Source of the DNA: Phyllosticta citribraziliensis
Lineage: Eukaryota
NCBI RefSeq assembly: GCF_038025025.1
Contig: NW_027117348.1
Coordinates: 1,178,001-1,242,000 of the forward strand
Length of the DNA stretch: 64,000 nt
Direction: 5' to 3'
A program made the translations under genes and the position numbers. Positions 23,401 to 35,238 of this stretch are shown here, piece after piece. The notes below the pieces were generated by a model, which was not told where the DNA came from, ran no database searches, and worked only from the letters and a program-made list of their open reading frames with translations. Within the stretch, counting starts at the first letter, position 1. Every line of letters starts with the position of its first letter.

Positions 23401-26400
23401 AGATCCGTTCCAAATAAGCTTAGACGTACGAAGCTCGCGCACAGACGAGGCGACAACGATCGCCCTGAACGTGGGGTCGCTGAACGGCTGCTAAACGACA
23501 TTTGGTCGCCTCTAACCAGTGCGGCGGCACATGGCAAGTTTCTTGAGTGTTTGCTCCAATCACTGACGAATACCAACCGCCCGCATACAGCCAACAAGAT
23601 GGGTTCTCCCGCACCGCCTTCTCGCATTCCGTTAGGAACAAGGAACTTCAAGTGAGCTGTCGAGAACTGCACATTTTTGTCGATTCACAAGGATGCGTAC
23701 TTTGCGCCATGAAGCGCGACGCGTTAGAGGAACAAAGTAACATCTTGTTTACAACGCCACGTAATTGAAGACGTGCTCCGCAGTGGACCATGATTTGCGG
23801 AATCGTTGCGGAGAGCGGGCAAGCTTTGAATCTACCTTGACGCCTACAGCTTGGCCGTTTGCGATCATCACGAACAGTCCAGGCAGGGCTCGAACAATCT
23901 TTACCTCGGGCGCCATTCGCGTTTCTTATCAGTCTTATGTCGTGACTGAAAGAGCAAGTAGGCGCCGACGCACAGGGAACGCAACCTGAACAAGGAGCAC
24001 CCAGTAACTTCCGACAATGAGCCTGAAGAACTAGCGAACCGGATCCCAGGCATTCGGAAAAGCCCAGATGATCCAAAACATAACAGACCAACACGTGAAC
24101 TGAACATGGCCCTTTTGCCATTCTGAAACATACACGAGTTGCGACCGACCTCTCGCAAGCGCTGTCGCGAACCAAGTCATTTCCAGCCTCAATCTCCGCA
24201 TAACCATCCCAAGCGCCTCTGAATCAACGTCGAAACTCATTGGCAAGTCGGACAGATACTTACGAAGATGGCTCGTACTCTACCCTACGGCGGACACGCT
24301 CATCTCGGTCGCAGCAGCGCTGTCTCCCAACTCGTCCAACGCCATGTTGACTTACTCGACAACCGATTGGAGCTTCCGTTTGAGAGGTCTCATTCAGGTT
24401 ATTGCCGTTTCAACTGACGCCGTCTCTTGCGCGTCACAACAAATGTCAAACAGCCGCCTCGACATGGAAACGCGGCAAAATGTCGAAAAATAGAACAAAC
24501 AGAACGGCGCCCGCCGCCCGCCCGTCGTTTGGCCTAATCTCCCCCTCCTCTCTGTGCGCGACCATCCCCGTTTCCCCGCCTTGCGGCGAGATGCGATCGC
24601 GCTGGACTTCGAGGTACCCAGCCTAGTTATCAACACGACCAACCAGAGTGTTCGACAGCAACAATGTAAGATATGCGCTTTGCGTTGGGCTTCAGTGCCG
24701 AGAACACTGGTATTGTTGCAACGGCAGTATCAAATCCACTCGACGTCCACCACGGTGCTGCGCTGCGTTGCAATGGTACTCCAACAACTAATGCAGTGTC
24801 AGCCAAACGATGGTGTCCCGTCCTGCCCTACGCAAAGTACCCATGCCGCTGGCGTCGCACAGGAGTAAGCACAGCGAGCGCCGGGCCGTGCATAGGGCGA
24901 GACAAGCGACATCCATGCATGCGCATCTCGCCCTACCGAGTGCGCTCCAGTCTATTGTCTGTCTCAGCTACCATTCAGCTCAGCCCAGCCCAGCCCAGCA
25001 GGGCGAGACAGGTTGTGCGTGCGCACTTACACCCAATGTTTTCCCGACTGTTTCTGTGATACGGACGGAACTAGTGCGCGAATGCAAGACAGCGGCGAAA
25101 CACCTAGTTGGAGATCAGTTGCCAACGGGCTGGCTGAGCCACCGACCGCGTTGACTGACCGCAAAGACCACTGCTCCGTTGCCGACGATATGCGCACAGC
25201 TCGCATCTCAAGCTACTGGATGGTCCATCAATGCAGGTGCCTGGCGAATCGATTCGAGGCGCAACGCTCAATCCAACCCACCATCCGCCGGATGCTGGAC
25301 GGCGCCGTGCCTGGCCGCCCGACTAGCTGTTTCGGGCAGGTCGAGGCACGCGCTCTGCCTCTCCAGCCACGCCGCTATCGGCGCTGACTTGGAAATGGCA
25401 TCTGCCTGTCGGTTGATTTGTCCGAGGTGGATGGAAAGGGGTGATGTGTTGCGTGTTTGTGTTGAGGCTGACGTGCATAGATTTACTGCTGATTGGATCC
25501 ATCATTTGGGCTCTCCATCGATGGGTTAGGGTAGGCAAGGGTGACGACGACGATTGCTCATTGTCTTCGCTCATCTTTTCAATGTTTTCCTTTCACTCCT
25601 TTCAAAGCATTCAGCGTTCACAAAACCACATCCAGGGCTTTGTTTTCATTTTTTCATTTTCAACTTTTTCTCTCCACAATGCAGCCACAAATGCATCCGC
25701 ACCGCTTCTCCACGGCTAGAACACAGCTGGCTGGAACGCCGTGACCTGCAGCAAGCCACGCAAAATTCAAACACCCCCAGCACACCTCCTGATTGGGTCT
25801 GTGTTGGCGAAGAATGTGCTGGCCGGCACTCGCTCCGCAAGCCCGTATGCAGGGACTCAATGGCGTTGCTGCACACACAGACGTATTCGGCAAAGTCGCA
25901 TGCCACAGAATAGAACTGACAGGGGGGCCAGCAGTTGGTTGGATGGCCAAGGCTGTGTGGTCAGCAAAGGACGGACGGCGCCGACATCCGGGGTCAGCGG
26001 AATGGGTCTGGCCTGGGTGTATGACGGGCTGTGGGCTGGGCAGTCTGTCTGGCGTCGTCTTTTCGTGCCCTGCCCTGCCATCAGCAACGCATTAGCTGGA
26101 CTGTGCGACGCATCAACGGCTAATTCGGCAGGGAACGGCGGTGCCTGTGAGATGCTGCCAGTCATTCCTTTTTGTCCGGAACGGCAGGACGGGAGCGACC
26201 CGTCGGCCGGCTGTTCGGATGCTGAAGATGCTGCGAATGTTGGAAATACCGCCGCCCGCCGCGGCCGTAAGCAACGAGTTTGGACGCCGGTTGGTGTTTG
26301 TTGAGGCTGACTTTTTAGCACGGCTAAACGGCCTGCCCCGGACTTACCGGTACGCTACTGTAGACTGACCGGCCGCGGCCGAGTCCGACACGGGAACGGC

Positions 26401-28303
26401 GTATTCGGCTATCTTGTCTCCATTTTTCCATTTCAAAGCCGCCTTTTGGCGCCAAATCCGCATGCGCGGCTGACCGAGATTCCGCATCAGCAAGACGAAT
26501 TTTGCTGCCGTCCGCGGCCTGTCCAGCGTTCTGCACGGCCACCCGGTCTTCACCACGCGCCGCGCGCACGGCATGCCCGTCGTCAGGCACTTGGACCACA
26601 CCACCCCAGGCCACTCGACCAGCAAAGGGGCATTCAAACTGCGAGTCCTTGCTGCCCGGCGAATAAGGCTCCACTTCACGCAGATGGACCCACTTGCCCA
26701 CCCGCTCCGCATCGTCGGTGACGCAATCGCGGACCCTCGATTCCACTCCCATACATCATCGCCCAGCCCACGCTCGCACGCACCGCTCCTCCGCGCCCAG
26801 TCGTCCACGACTTTGGAGACAGCGCTGTCGTGTATCCGTCCGGTCCGCTCTCCGCGTCCGCGCGGGCGTGTGAGATGAGAGATGGCGGCTCCGAGGAAGC
26901 CCCGGCGCTGGCCGACGGACGGACGTAAGGGAGGGAGCCAGGACGGAGACGCCCACTGCGAACGTGCTTACGGACAGATTGACGTCTGCCAATGCTGGAG
27001 CGCCTCAAGCGTGCTTAGCAACGGACGCAAAGGAGAGCAGGAGACGGAGAGAAACCTGCTGTCCATGTGGCTGGCTGGCTGGCTGAACATCAGTCGACGT
27101 GACGTGCGTCCTCGCCCACCTCCTCTGTCGTTCGCACCACACCACTCCACTCCATCACCACATTGCCTGCCCCACACAGCAATCAATCCAACAACCGCGG
27201 TGGAGGCACCCGTCCCGCCGTTCGTCGACCGTCTTTACCCACTAATTAATCCATCCGTCATCCCCCAATCTTCCGTGGGGAGATCGCCGTGGTGCTTGCT
27301 TGCTTGCTCACAGTCCAGTGTCCACCGTCTCAGATGCAAACAAGTGGAGACCGGGAAAAAACAGACTGACCCGCCCGCCGGCTGCCCGTCGTCGACCCAC
27401 TGGCAAAGTGGGGCTACCCACTGCTCCACGCGCTGATGCAGCCAATTGGGACCTGTTGGTGCGGTCCCTGATCGGCGGGCCTGCCTGTCTGTCTGCGTCT
27501 GTCTTGTTGCTTGCTGCTGTTGGGGAAGCTGACGCTGTTGAGCTTCTCGGGGCTCTGAACTCTGAACTCCACTCGCTTGCTCGCCTGCCTGCGTGTCTGT
27601 CTGGAATGGAGCTGGTTCTGTGCGGCGGCTGCGCCGACAATCGTTACGACTGGCTGGCTGGCTGCGCTGCGCTGCTAAACGGGTTTCTAACCGTCCGTTG
27701 TCGACCACGCGCCCGCGGTCGTTGGTGGAGTGAGTGACATGCGAGCGAGCTCGTGCCTGCTTTCTTTCCTCAGCCGAAGTCAGACAGCGACAAGTTTCGT
27801 CAAGAAACAAACGCCCTCACGCAACGTCCCTTCAACTTGTTCTCCACAACCGGTCTATCTGTCGTCAGCCTGGCATCGCGTGAGCGCAGCGCAGCTAGGG
27901 CAGAGCACCGGTGGGGTAAGAACTGGAGAAAGCGTGTGGGGCTCCACACCAACTGCATGTGCCCCGCCAGAGGTGGCCCGGTGGCGAGTTTCATGCCGAC
28001 GCCTACGCCAACTAACCACCCAGCCGCGACAGTGATGTGCGTGTGAGAGTGCACGAGTATGCTGGCGCTTGCAAAGAGAAGGTAGACGAGGAGAAGGATG
28101 TGCAATGGTAAGTTCAATTGATTACACTTCTACCAGTACAGAATTCCGTGTCCTGTATACTCCTGTTCCAATCTCATTTCCCACCCGTGATTCCCCTTTT
28201 CCTGAACCACTGACACCTGTCCAACCGGACAACAACAACGAAATCAAAAATCAAAACAGGTACATGTATGTATGCCAATGGCGAACGACCACTGGAATCT
28301 AGC

Positions 28304-31300
28304 TCAAGCGTGGGCAGCAGGAGTAGTCGACGCGTCGGGGGTGGAAGACGGCGCAGCGACAGGAACCTTATGAATCTACGCCAGCAGTCAGCAACACGGC
28401 GCTTCAGTCAAGTAAAAAGGAAAGGAGACAAAACGTACCGTCGGCCGCTCAACATTGCTCCACGTGAGGGAGTGGCGCACCCAGCGCTTCAGCAACTGGG
28501 CGGGGCCCATCTCCTCAACCTCTGCCTGCTTGCGCATGAAGGGATTGCGGTGGGCTGCCCAGTGACTCTCCGTGCTTTCCTGGGACGGCGAGTGGTCCGA
28601 GTGGTTGTCGTTGGTCAGGCGGTGCTCGACGTCCGGGCGATGGCCCGCGTGGTTGTTGAGCCGCGCGATGGTGTCGCGCTCGCGCTGCTCTTGGGCTTCG
28701 TGCAGCCGATCGTGTTCGCGCATCCAGTCCAAAAACACCTGCAACTTCGGCTTCTTTTTCGCCTTTTTCAACGAGTACTCGAGAAACCATACCTCTGGTT
28801 CGGTGTAGGTGTGGTTGTGGGGTGGAGCCTCCAGGTTCCGCTTCGACAGCTCGATGAACTTGTCCTCGTGCTGGGCCTTGTGGTTGTTGAGCTGCGCCGT
28901 CGCGTTAAACTCGCGCTGCTCTTGGGCTTTGTGCTTGCGACCGTGTTCGCGCAACCAGTCCATAAACACCTGCCACTTCGACTTCTTTGTCGCCTTTTTC
29001 AACGCGTCGTCGAGCTCCTTTAGCTCTTGTTCGGTGAAGTTGAAGGGTCGAGGCTCCAGTTTCCGCCTCTTCGACAGCTTGTTGAACTTGTCCTCGTGCT
29101 GGACCTTGTGGTTGAGGCGGTTGAAGCCGGATGTATAGTTGAATATGGAGGGGTTCCTAAGAAGGGAGTGCGAGCCGGAAGTGTGGTTGAAATGGAAGAG
29201 GTTCCCAAGTACGTGCGAGCCAAGGTGCGGGCCAGGCCCAAGCTGACGCCGCTCGTGGGCAGCAGCCGTCGTCTTGCCCTCGTTCTCGTTCTCATCCTTT
29301 TCGTAATGGAACCTGCGGGCTGCCTTGTCGTTCGGGTGCGCCTTTCGGTACTTTTCCAGCTCCACCTTCATGTCCTTGTCCTTCCCCGACTCCTTGATCG
29401 ACTTGACGATGTTCTCGACCTCCTCTTTGGTGTAGTCGGGAAACCACAGCCTCTTCGACAGCTTGTTCTCCCTCGAGTCCTTCATCAAATCTTTCTTGGA
29501 CACGGTGAGCATCATCTCGGGCGGGCCGATGTGTACGCCATCCTTGCCCTCGCCACGCCGCTCTTGGATCTCCATTGCACCGGTATGTTTCGAGTGCTCC
29601 CCGGACCCACCGACAACTTCTTCATCATCATATATCAAGCCGCACCACCGGCCGAAGGGGCCACAGTCTTTGTTGTCCCGGGTAATCTGCCTCTTCGACA
29701 GCTTGTCCTTCTCCTTGACGTCCCTGAAAAGGATCTTCCCAAAGTCACGAAGCCCGGGCGGGCCGATCCGCCGGTCATTCTTCTTGCCCTCGCGACGCCG
29801 CTCTTGGATCTCCATTGCACCGGTATGTTCCGAGTGCTCCCCAGAACCACCGACAACTTCAACTTCTTTATCATACTGGAGACGCCGCTCTTCGATCTCT
29901 GTTGCACCGGTATGATTCCAGTGCACCCCGAGACCACCGACAATAGCCTCAGGCTCACGCCGCTCTTGGATCTCCATTGCACCAACATGTTCCGAGTGCT
30001 CCCCGGAACCACCGACGACTTCTTCTTTATCATCCTTGAGACGCCGCTCTTGGATCTCCAAATCAGTAGGAGGTTTTAAGTGCTCCCTGGAACCACCGAC
30101 AGTATCATTGAGCCGACGCCGCTCTTCAACCTCAGTTACACCGGTATGATTCGAGTGCGCCCCGGAGCCACCCACAATATTATCGAGCTGACGCCGCTCT
30201 TCGACCTCAGTTGCACCGGTATGATTCGAGTGCGCCCCGGAGCCACCGACAAGATCATTGAGCTGACGCCGCTCTTCGACCTCCGTTGCACCGTTGTGAT
30301 TCGAGTGCGCCCCGGAGCCACCGACAACAACATCTTTGGGGCGACACCACGGTCGAATCCATCTGATGCGACAGACGCGTTGTATTCCCGGAAGACTTCT
30401 TTTGACAGCAAACCCCCGGTGGAGTATGTTGTCGGGGGCGTTTTCACGGAGCTTGCGCTTGCGCTCATGCTCCTGCCTCTGCTGCTCTGCCTCCTGCTTC
30501 TGCTGCTCTGCCTCCTGCTTCTGCTGCTCTGCCTTTTCCTGCGCAGCATTATGCTCGCCGTGCTCACGGAGGAATTCGCTGCATCCCGCTGGCGGAGCCC
30601 GGGAAACGGGCACGACATTCGTACCTAAACATTTTGCCAGTGTCAGCTTGGGCATGTCTTCTCTCTTGCGCAGCTTGGGCAAGATGAGGGGAATCTTGTC
30701 CGCGGCCTGAGTTCCTGACGGCTTCTGCTCGGCGTTGGAGGGGTAGTGGTTGTCGGGGTCGTGTGTGGCGTGGAGCTTCTTGTTGCGCTGAGGCTTCCCC
30801 TTCTCTTGCTGCTCCTGGAGCTTGCGAATCATCTCCTTGCATTCCGGTGATGTGGCACGCGGGTGGTCCAGGCCATCGTTGGGCGCAAGACATTCTTCCA
30901 GCGTCAACTCAGGCATGACTTCTCTTGTCCGCAGCTTGGGCAAGACGAGGGTCTTGTCCGGGGTCTGGGTCTTCGCGGGCTTGTTTTGCTCGAGCTGCTG
31001 CTGCTGCTCCGCCTTCTCCTTCGCCGCATCATGCCCCATGTGCTCGCGAATGAGCTCAGCGCATCCCGCGGGCGGATTATGGCCAGGATGCGGGCCGTCC
31101 CACGGCGCAAGACAAGCCTCGGGTATCAGTCCGCGCTTGCGCAAGCCGTGCTGGTTCACCTCGACCTTAGTACTCGGCCGCTCGCCCGGAGCACCCACAT
31201 GCACGATGGTCCCGTCCCCATGGCCGACTTTCTGACATATGGTTGGTTGGTCCTTCTGCAGGTGGTGGGTGCGCCAGTTGTCGTCGTGGCAGAGATTCCA

Positions 31301-33736
31301 TACTCGCTCCGCTGCCTCGTCTTGGTCTCGCTTCCGCAACAGGGCCTCTTCCGTTCGGCCGACGTCGGAGCTGTCGTTGACGTCGATGGTCTTGGTCGGG
31401 GAGTCCTTTTGCTGCCGCTCCCCAATCTCCTGCATGACGGTGTGGTTGAGGTGGGGGCCGGCTTTCGTGGGTGAGTACTGGAGGTTTGTGCCGGCGGTGG
31501 TGCTGTTGTGCGAAGCTAATTCCGAGCCGCCGTGCCTGATCTTGTGCATCTTCTCCGCCTCCAGGTTCTCCTCTTCGAGATTCTCCTGGCTCTCCTTTTC
31601 GCGGCTGTGGGCTTCGTGGCGGGTTTTCTCCCGCTTCTCCATGAAGTGCTGCTTGTGCTTCTCCGCCACCTCCAGCTTGGCAGTGTGGTTCTTGTGCGGG
31701 CAGTCGATGATCGACGTGTGGTTATTTACGGCACCGGGATGGGGAGTGACGGGGACAGGGGCGGGAGCATCTCTCTTCGGCAGCTTGGGCAAGATGGGGC
31801 CTTTTTCTCCAATCTCGGGTTGAATGGGGGGTTTTTTGTCAGTGTCCTTGCTGCCAAAGGAGTGCTTGCACATCGGTGCAATACTCATGTGGGGCCAACT
31901 ATGATGATGACAGGGTAGCTGCATCCTCCAATCTTGCGCATCTCCTCTCTTCCGCGGCTTGGGCAAGATGACGCCATCGATCTCCATCTTCGGGGGGGCT
32001 TTGTGGTCAGGGTCGGGGTCGTCGCCGGCATGGTACCTCATATTGTGCCTCAGCCGCTCAAGCCTCTCGGTTTCCCGCTCATTCTGCTCTTCCTTCTTCT
32101 TCTTGCATTCCGGTGACAAAACATGCCCGTGCATAGGGCCTCCTCCTCCGCCATTAAGATGGCAGGGTTCTTCTCTCTTTGGCAGCCTGGGCAAGGTGGG
32201 TCTTTCGTCTTCGACCTCACCGTCTCTCTTCTGCAATCCGGGCTCCGACTTGATGGCATTCCCCGTCGTAGTCTCCAGCACGGTGTCGTTCGGCTTGTGG
32301 GGGCTGTCGTACGCGCTTGGGGGGAGCTTGCCCTTGGGCGTGTAAACTTCGTGCCCCGGATCACTCTCCCACGGCTGCGGGTGCGGGTGGAGCTTGTCCT
32401 CGAGCTTGCCATGGCCAACTTCGGGCGCGGAGTCGTCCTCGAGCATCTTATCACTCTCCAACGCCCGCGGCAGCAGCACCGGTGTCTCGGAAACAGCCGT
32501 CAAGAGCGGCGTCGACGACGCACGCGGGTCGTTCCAAGTCGACGACGGGTCCTTCGCGTCGAGCGGCGCATTCGTCTGATTGAGCACCTCGTGGTGGTTG
32601 GTGCGGAGCTCACGGAGAGACACGACCACATCCTCCCACAGCCTTTTGCCCTTGACGTGGTCGGCCTTGGAGCCGTCCTTGCTCTGAAGCTTTATCGACT
32701 TTCTCCTCACGGCCTCGGCTGCCTTCACCTGGTCCTGCGACAGGTGCCCGGCGCCGTTGGTGGCGGGATTTTCGCCCCAGTGGTGCGTGTACCACTGCTC
32801 TTTGGCGTAGGCTTCTGGGTTGGGTGGGGGGTGGTTCTTGGCCGGCGGGCCGTTCGTGTTTTCCTTTTGCTCGGCCGTCATGTCGTCTTTGCCGGGGCCG
32901 TGGTTTTTCCACATCTCCGTAAAGTACTTTTCAGGGTCCGTCAGCTCGTTTTGCTTCACTTCCTCGGCTTTATGGTCGCCGGGCCCCTGCAGTGCTCGAG
33001 CAACTTTGTTGAAGATGCCGAAATGCTTATGTTGCAGGAGTTTGTCATCGTCCGCGGACTGCACTGCCTGTTCCGAGCTCTCATGCTTGTGCATGTTTTC
33101 GGCCAGCTTGTTTGACATGACCTGCCTCTGCTCTTCCGTCAGGGGCGTTGGCTCTACAGGGACAGCCCTCTTCTTGAGGATTTCCAAGGCTGGCAGCATA
33201 TTCTCTTTGGCGAACACAGGGCTCTTGATGAATTTCTCCAGCCTGGGGTCGGGCTTTCCCTGTTTCTTGATCTTCTTCTGCTGAAGCTTGGTGGCAAAGT
33301 CGTACATGAACCTGGTCTGCATCGCCAGATTCTGGCCTCGCTCGCGACTTTCCTTGTCCCAGAACTTTTTCCACGCCACATCGCGCTCCTCCGGCGACAT
33401 CCTTCTCCAATTTTTTTCGTTGATTTCCTTGCGAAAAGCGCGCGCGCGATCTTTGGACTTGCTCTCGGAAGGGGCTTTGAAATTCTTCTCCTTCTCGTAT
33501 TGATCCAGGAAGAAGTGGAAGCCTTTCATGACGTCGATGACAGGGTCCTCCTGTTTTGGGCCCGTTGCCTGTCCATCTTTGCCAGGTGGGGTGGGCTGGG
33601 GGACGGGAGCCCCTTTGTTGGTGGGGGCTGGGGGGAGTGAGAGAGAGGATGGGAGGACGACGGCAGGGGCGGCGGAGACGCTGCCGAGAAGCAAAATGGT
33701 GAGGACGATGGTGAGAAACTGCATATTGAGATGCAT
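28304..33736 (-). CDS. Secreted ~1789-aa Kex2-processed repeat polyprotein (KEP-like); exons 33736-28439 and 28375-28304
   Basis: Signal peptide MQFLTIVLTILLLGSVSA. Many KR/RR sites (LKKR, LPKR, LRKR, LSKR, ERR) separate the modules. Terminal 63-nt GTACGT...GCTGAC...TAG intron. ATATAAA at 33834-33828. Confidence 0.85.
28650..29115 (-). repeat. Tandem duplication of a ~77-aa coding module
   Basis: HKxQHEDKFxxLSKR...LKKAxKKxKxQVFxDWxREHxRxHxAQEQRE...AxLNNH occurs twice. Confidence 0.9.
29555..30325 (-). repeat. Eight coding repeats, core 75 nt / 25 aa (VGGSGxHSxHTGAxExxERR)
   Basis: Units start at 30325, 30250, 30175 and 30100 (exact 75-nt period) and continue with longer spacers to ~29555. 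Confidence 0.95.
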
Positions 33737-35238
33737 CTTGATGGGTTAATGACTCATCAAGAACATGAGATGACGTGGAGTCAAAGTTGATGAAATGGAA
33801 AGGAATCAGAGGGAGGAGAGTTTCTTCTTTATATCCTTCGTGCGCAGAAATCAACCAGGAGACAACCATTGTTGAGCTGTTCCATAAAAGGTCGATGGGC
33901 ACGCGTACCACTGTCTAGGAGTACTCCGAAGACAATCTACCCCATGGGAGCAGAATCATATGTTTGGAACACAACTCGCCCTTGGGAGAGAAGGATTTGG
34001 TTCGCACATGTCAAATCAGAAGTAGACGCGGTCGCATGACTTTTGGACTTTGTGATTCGAGGGATGAAGAGAGTCGAAGATCCATCACTGCCCGTCTTGT
34101 CAGCGTGATTCAAGAAGGGCATATTGAAAGACAACCAAACCGCGAAGCATGGGTGAGGGAGCCGTGGAAGTGCCACGCAGGCTCTCCCAACCGTCCCCAC
34201 CACCGCATCTCAAGCACCTTCGCCATCCTTCCTCTGCGTCCAATCCAACGCTGCAGACACTCACACATGTCTGTCACAGAGCAAACACTGCGCCATGGTC
34301 ACGTTCCCATCTGGAACCAAGTCAACAATCACCAGCGTCTCCCCACAACTTGCCCCACAAAAAATTCTCATCGCTCGTACAAGAAACCCCCCGATGCGCC
34401 AAATCTCGTTTCACGACGCAGCTCAACCGCACGTTTCGACCAATGACGGCCGCAGATTGACTTGATGAATCAAGACCTTGCTCGTGAGTTGCTGGCACCA
34501 GCAGCATTTGGCACCTGCGCTGCGCTGTGCTGCGGCCTGACCCGATCCGCTCCCCACCCGAGCTTGTTTGGTGGAGCAGAGGGCAGGGACATCATCCAAG
34601 GTGATGCTTACCTCGCCATTCTTCGGTACTCGGGGAGCTGTGTTGGGTGGTAGAAGGCTCCCGCTCGCCAAAGGGGCGACAGTGCAAAACCTGTATTCTC
34701 AACCTGCTCGAAACGAACAACGTTTGGGAGCCACAGACAAGGACAGAAAAAGTGTGCCTTGATTGATTGATGATGCCGATAGTTGATGCAGTTATGCTGG
34801 TGCAGAGATGTTCTGCTACATGGGACGAGAGAAACGGTACGATGAGAACATGATTGGATTGCATGCAGATGCTGGAACAGACGACGCGTGGTTTTGCGGG
34901 AGACGTGCCTTGTTGGTGATGGACCTGTATCCCTTGACCTTGGCCTTTGATTTCGCACCTACCTTTGTGCGCTGCGCAAATTTGTCTCCGAACCGCCGTT
35001 TGGGTGCCTTGCTTGTTCCACGCATTGCACTTTCTGGGTCTCAAAAGACGGGCCTGACGTAATCAAGCGCCGGGTTTGCCTTATCGGCGAGTCCTGCCCG
35101 TGCTGCGGTACGGCGTCGCGGCTTGCGCGAAACGCGCTGTGGAATCTCCATCGACCTGCGTGGTCGGCGAAAATTGGTTGAGATGGATGTGAGCAAGAAC
35201 ATCAGGCAGGAAAGGACCGCACGCAGGCCAGCGGCCCA

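Noticed and set aside
27800..28117. ORF with a signal-peptide-like N-terminus downstream of the polyprotein
   Set aside because: Starts at TTG rather than ATG, lacks coding bias, and probably lies in 3' UTR or intergenic DNA.
29555..30325. Regular repeats with variable spacers, superficially CRISPR-like
   Set aside because: Eukaryotic, in-frame coding repeats with codon-multiple lengths. No cas genes.
28268..33503. Long plus-strand ORFs (e.g. 29027-30079, 32123-33115) overlapping the polyprotein
   Set aside because: Antisense shadows of a GC3-biased gene, with no independent motifs. The same applies to ORFs opposite the F-box, RPN4 and PNGase genes.
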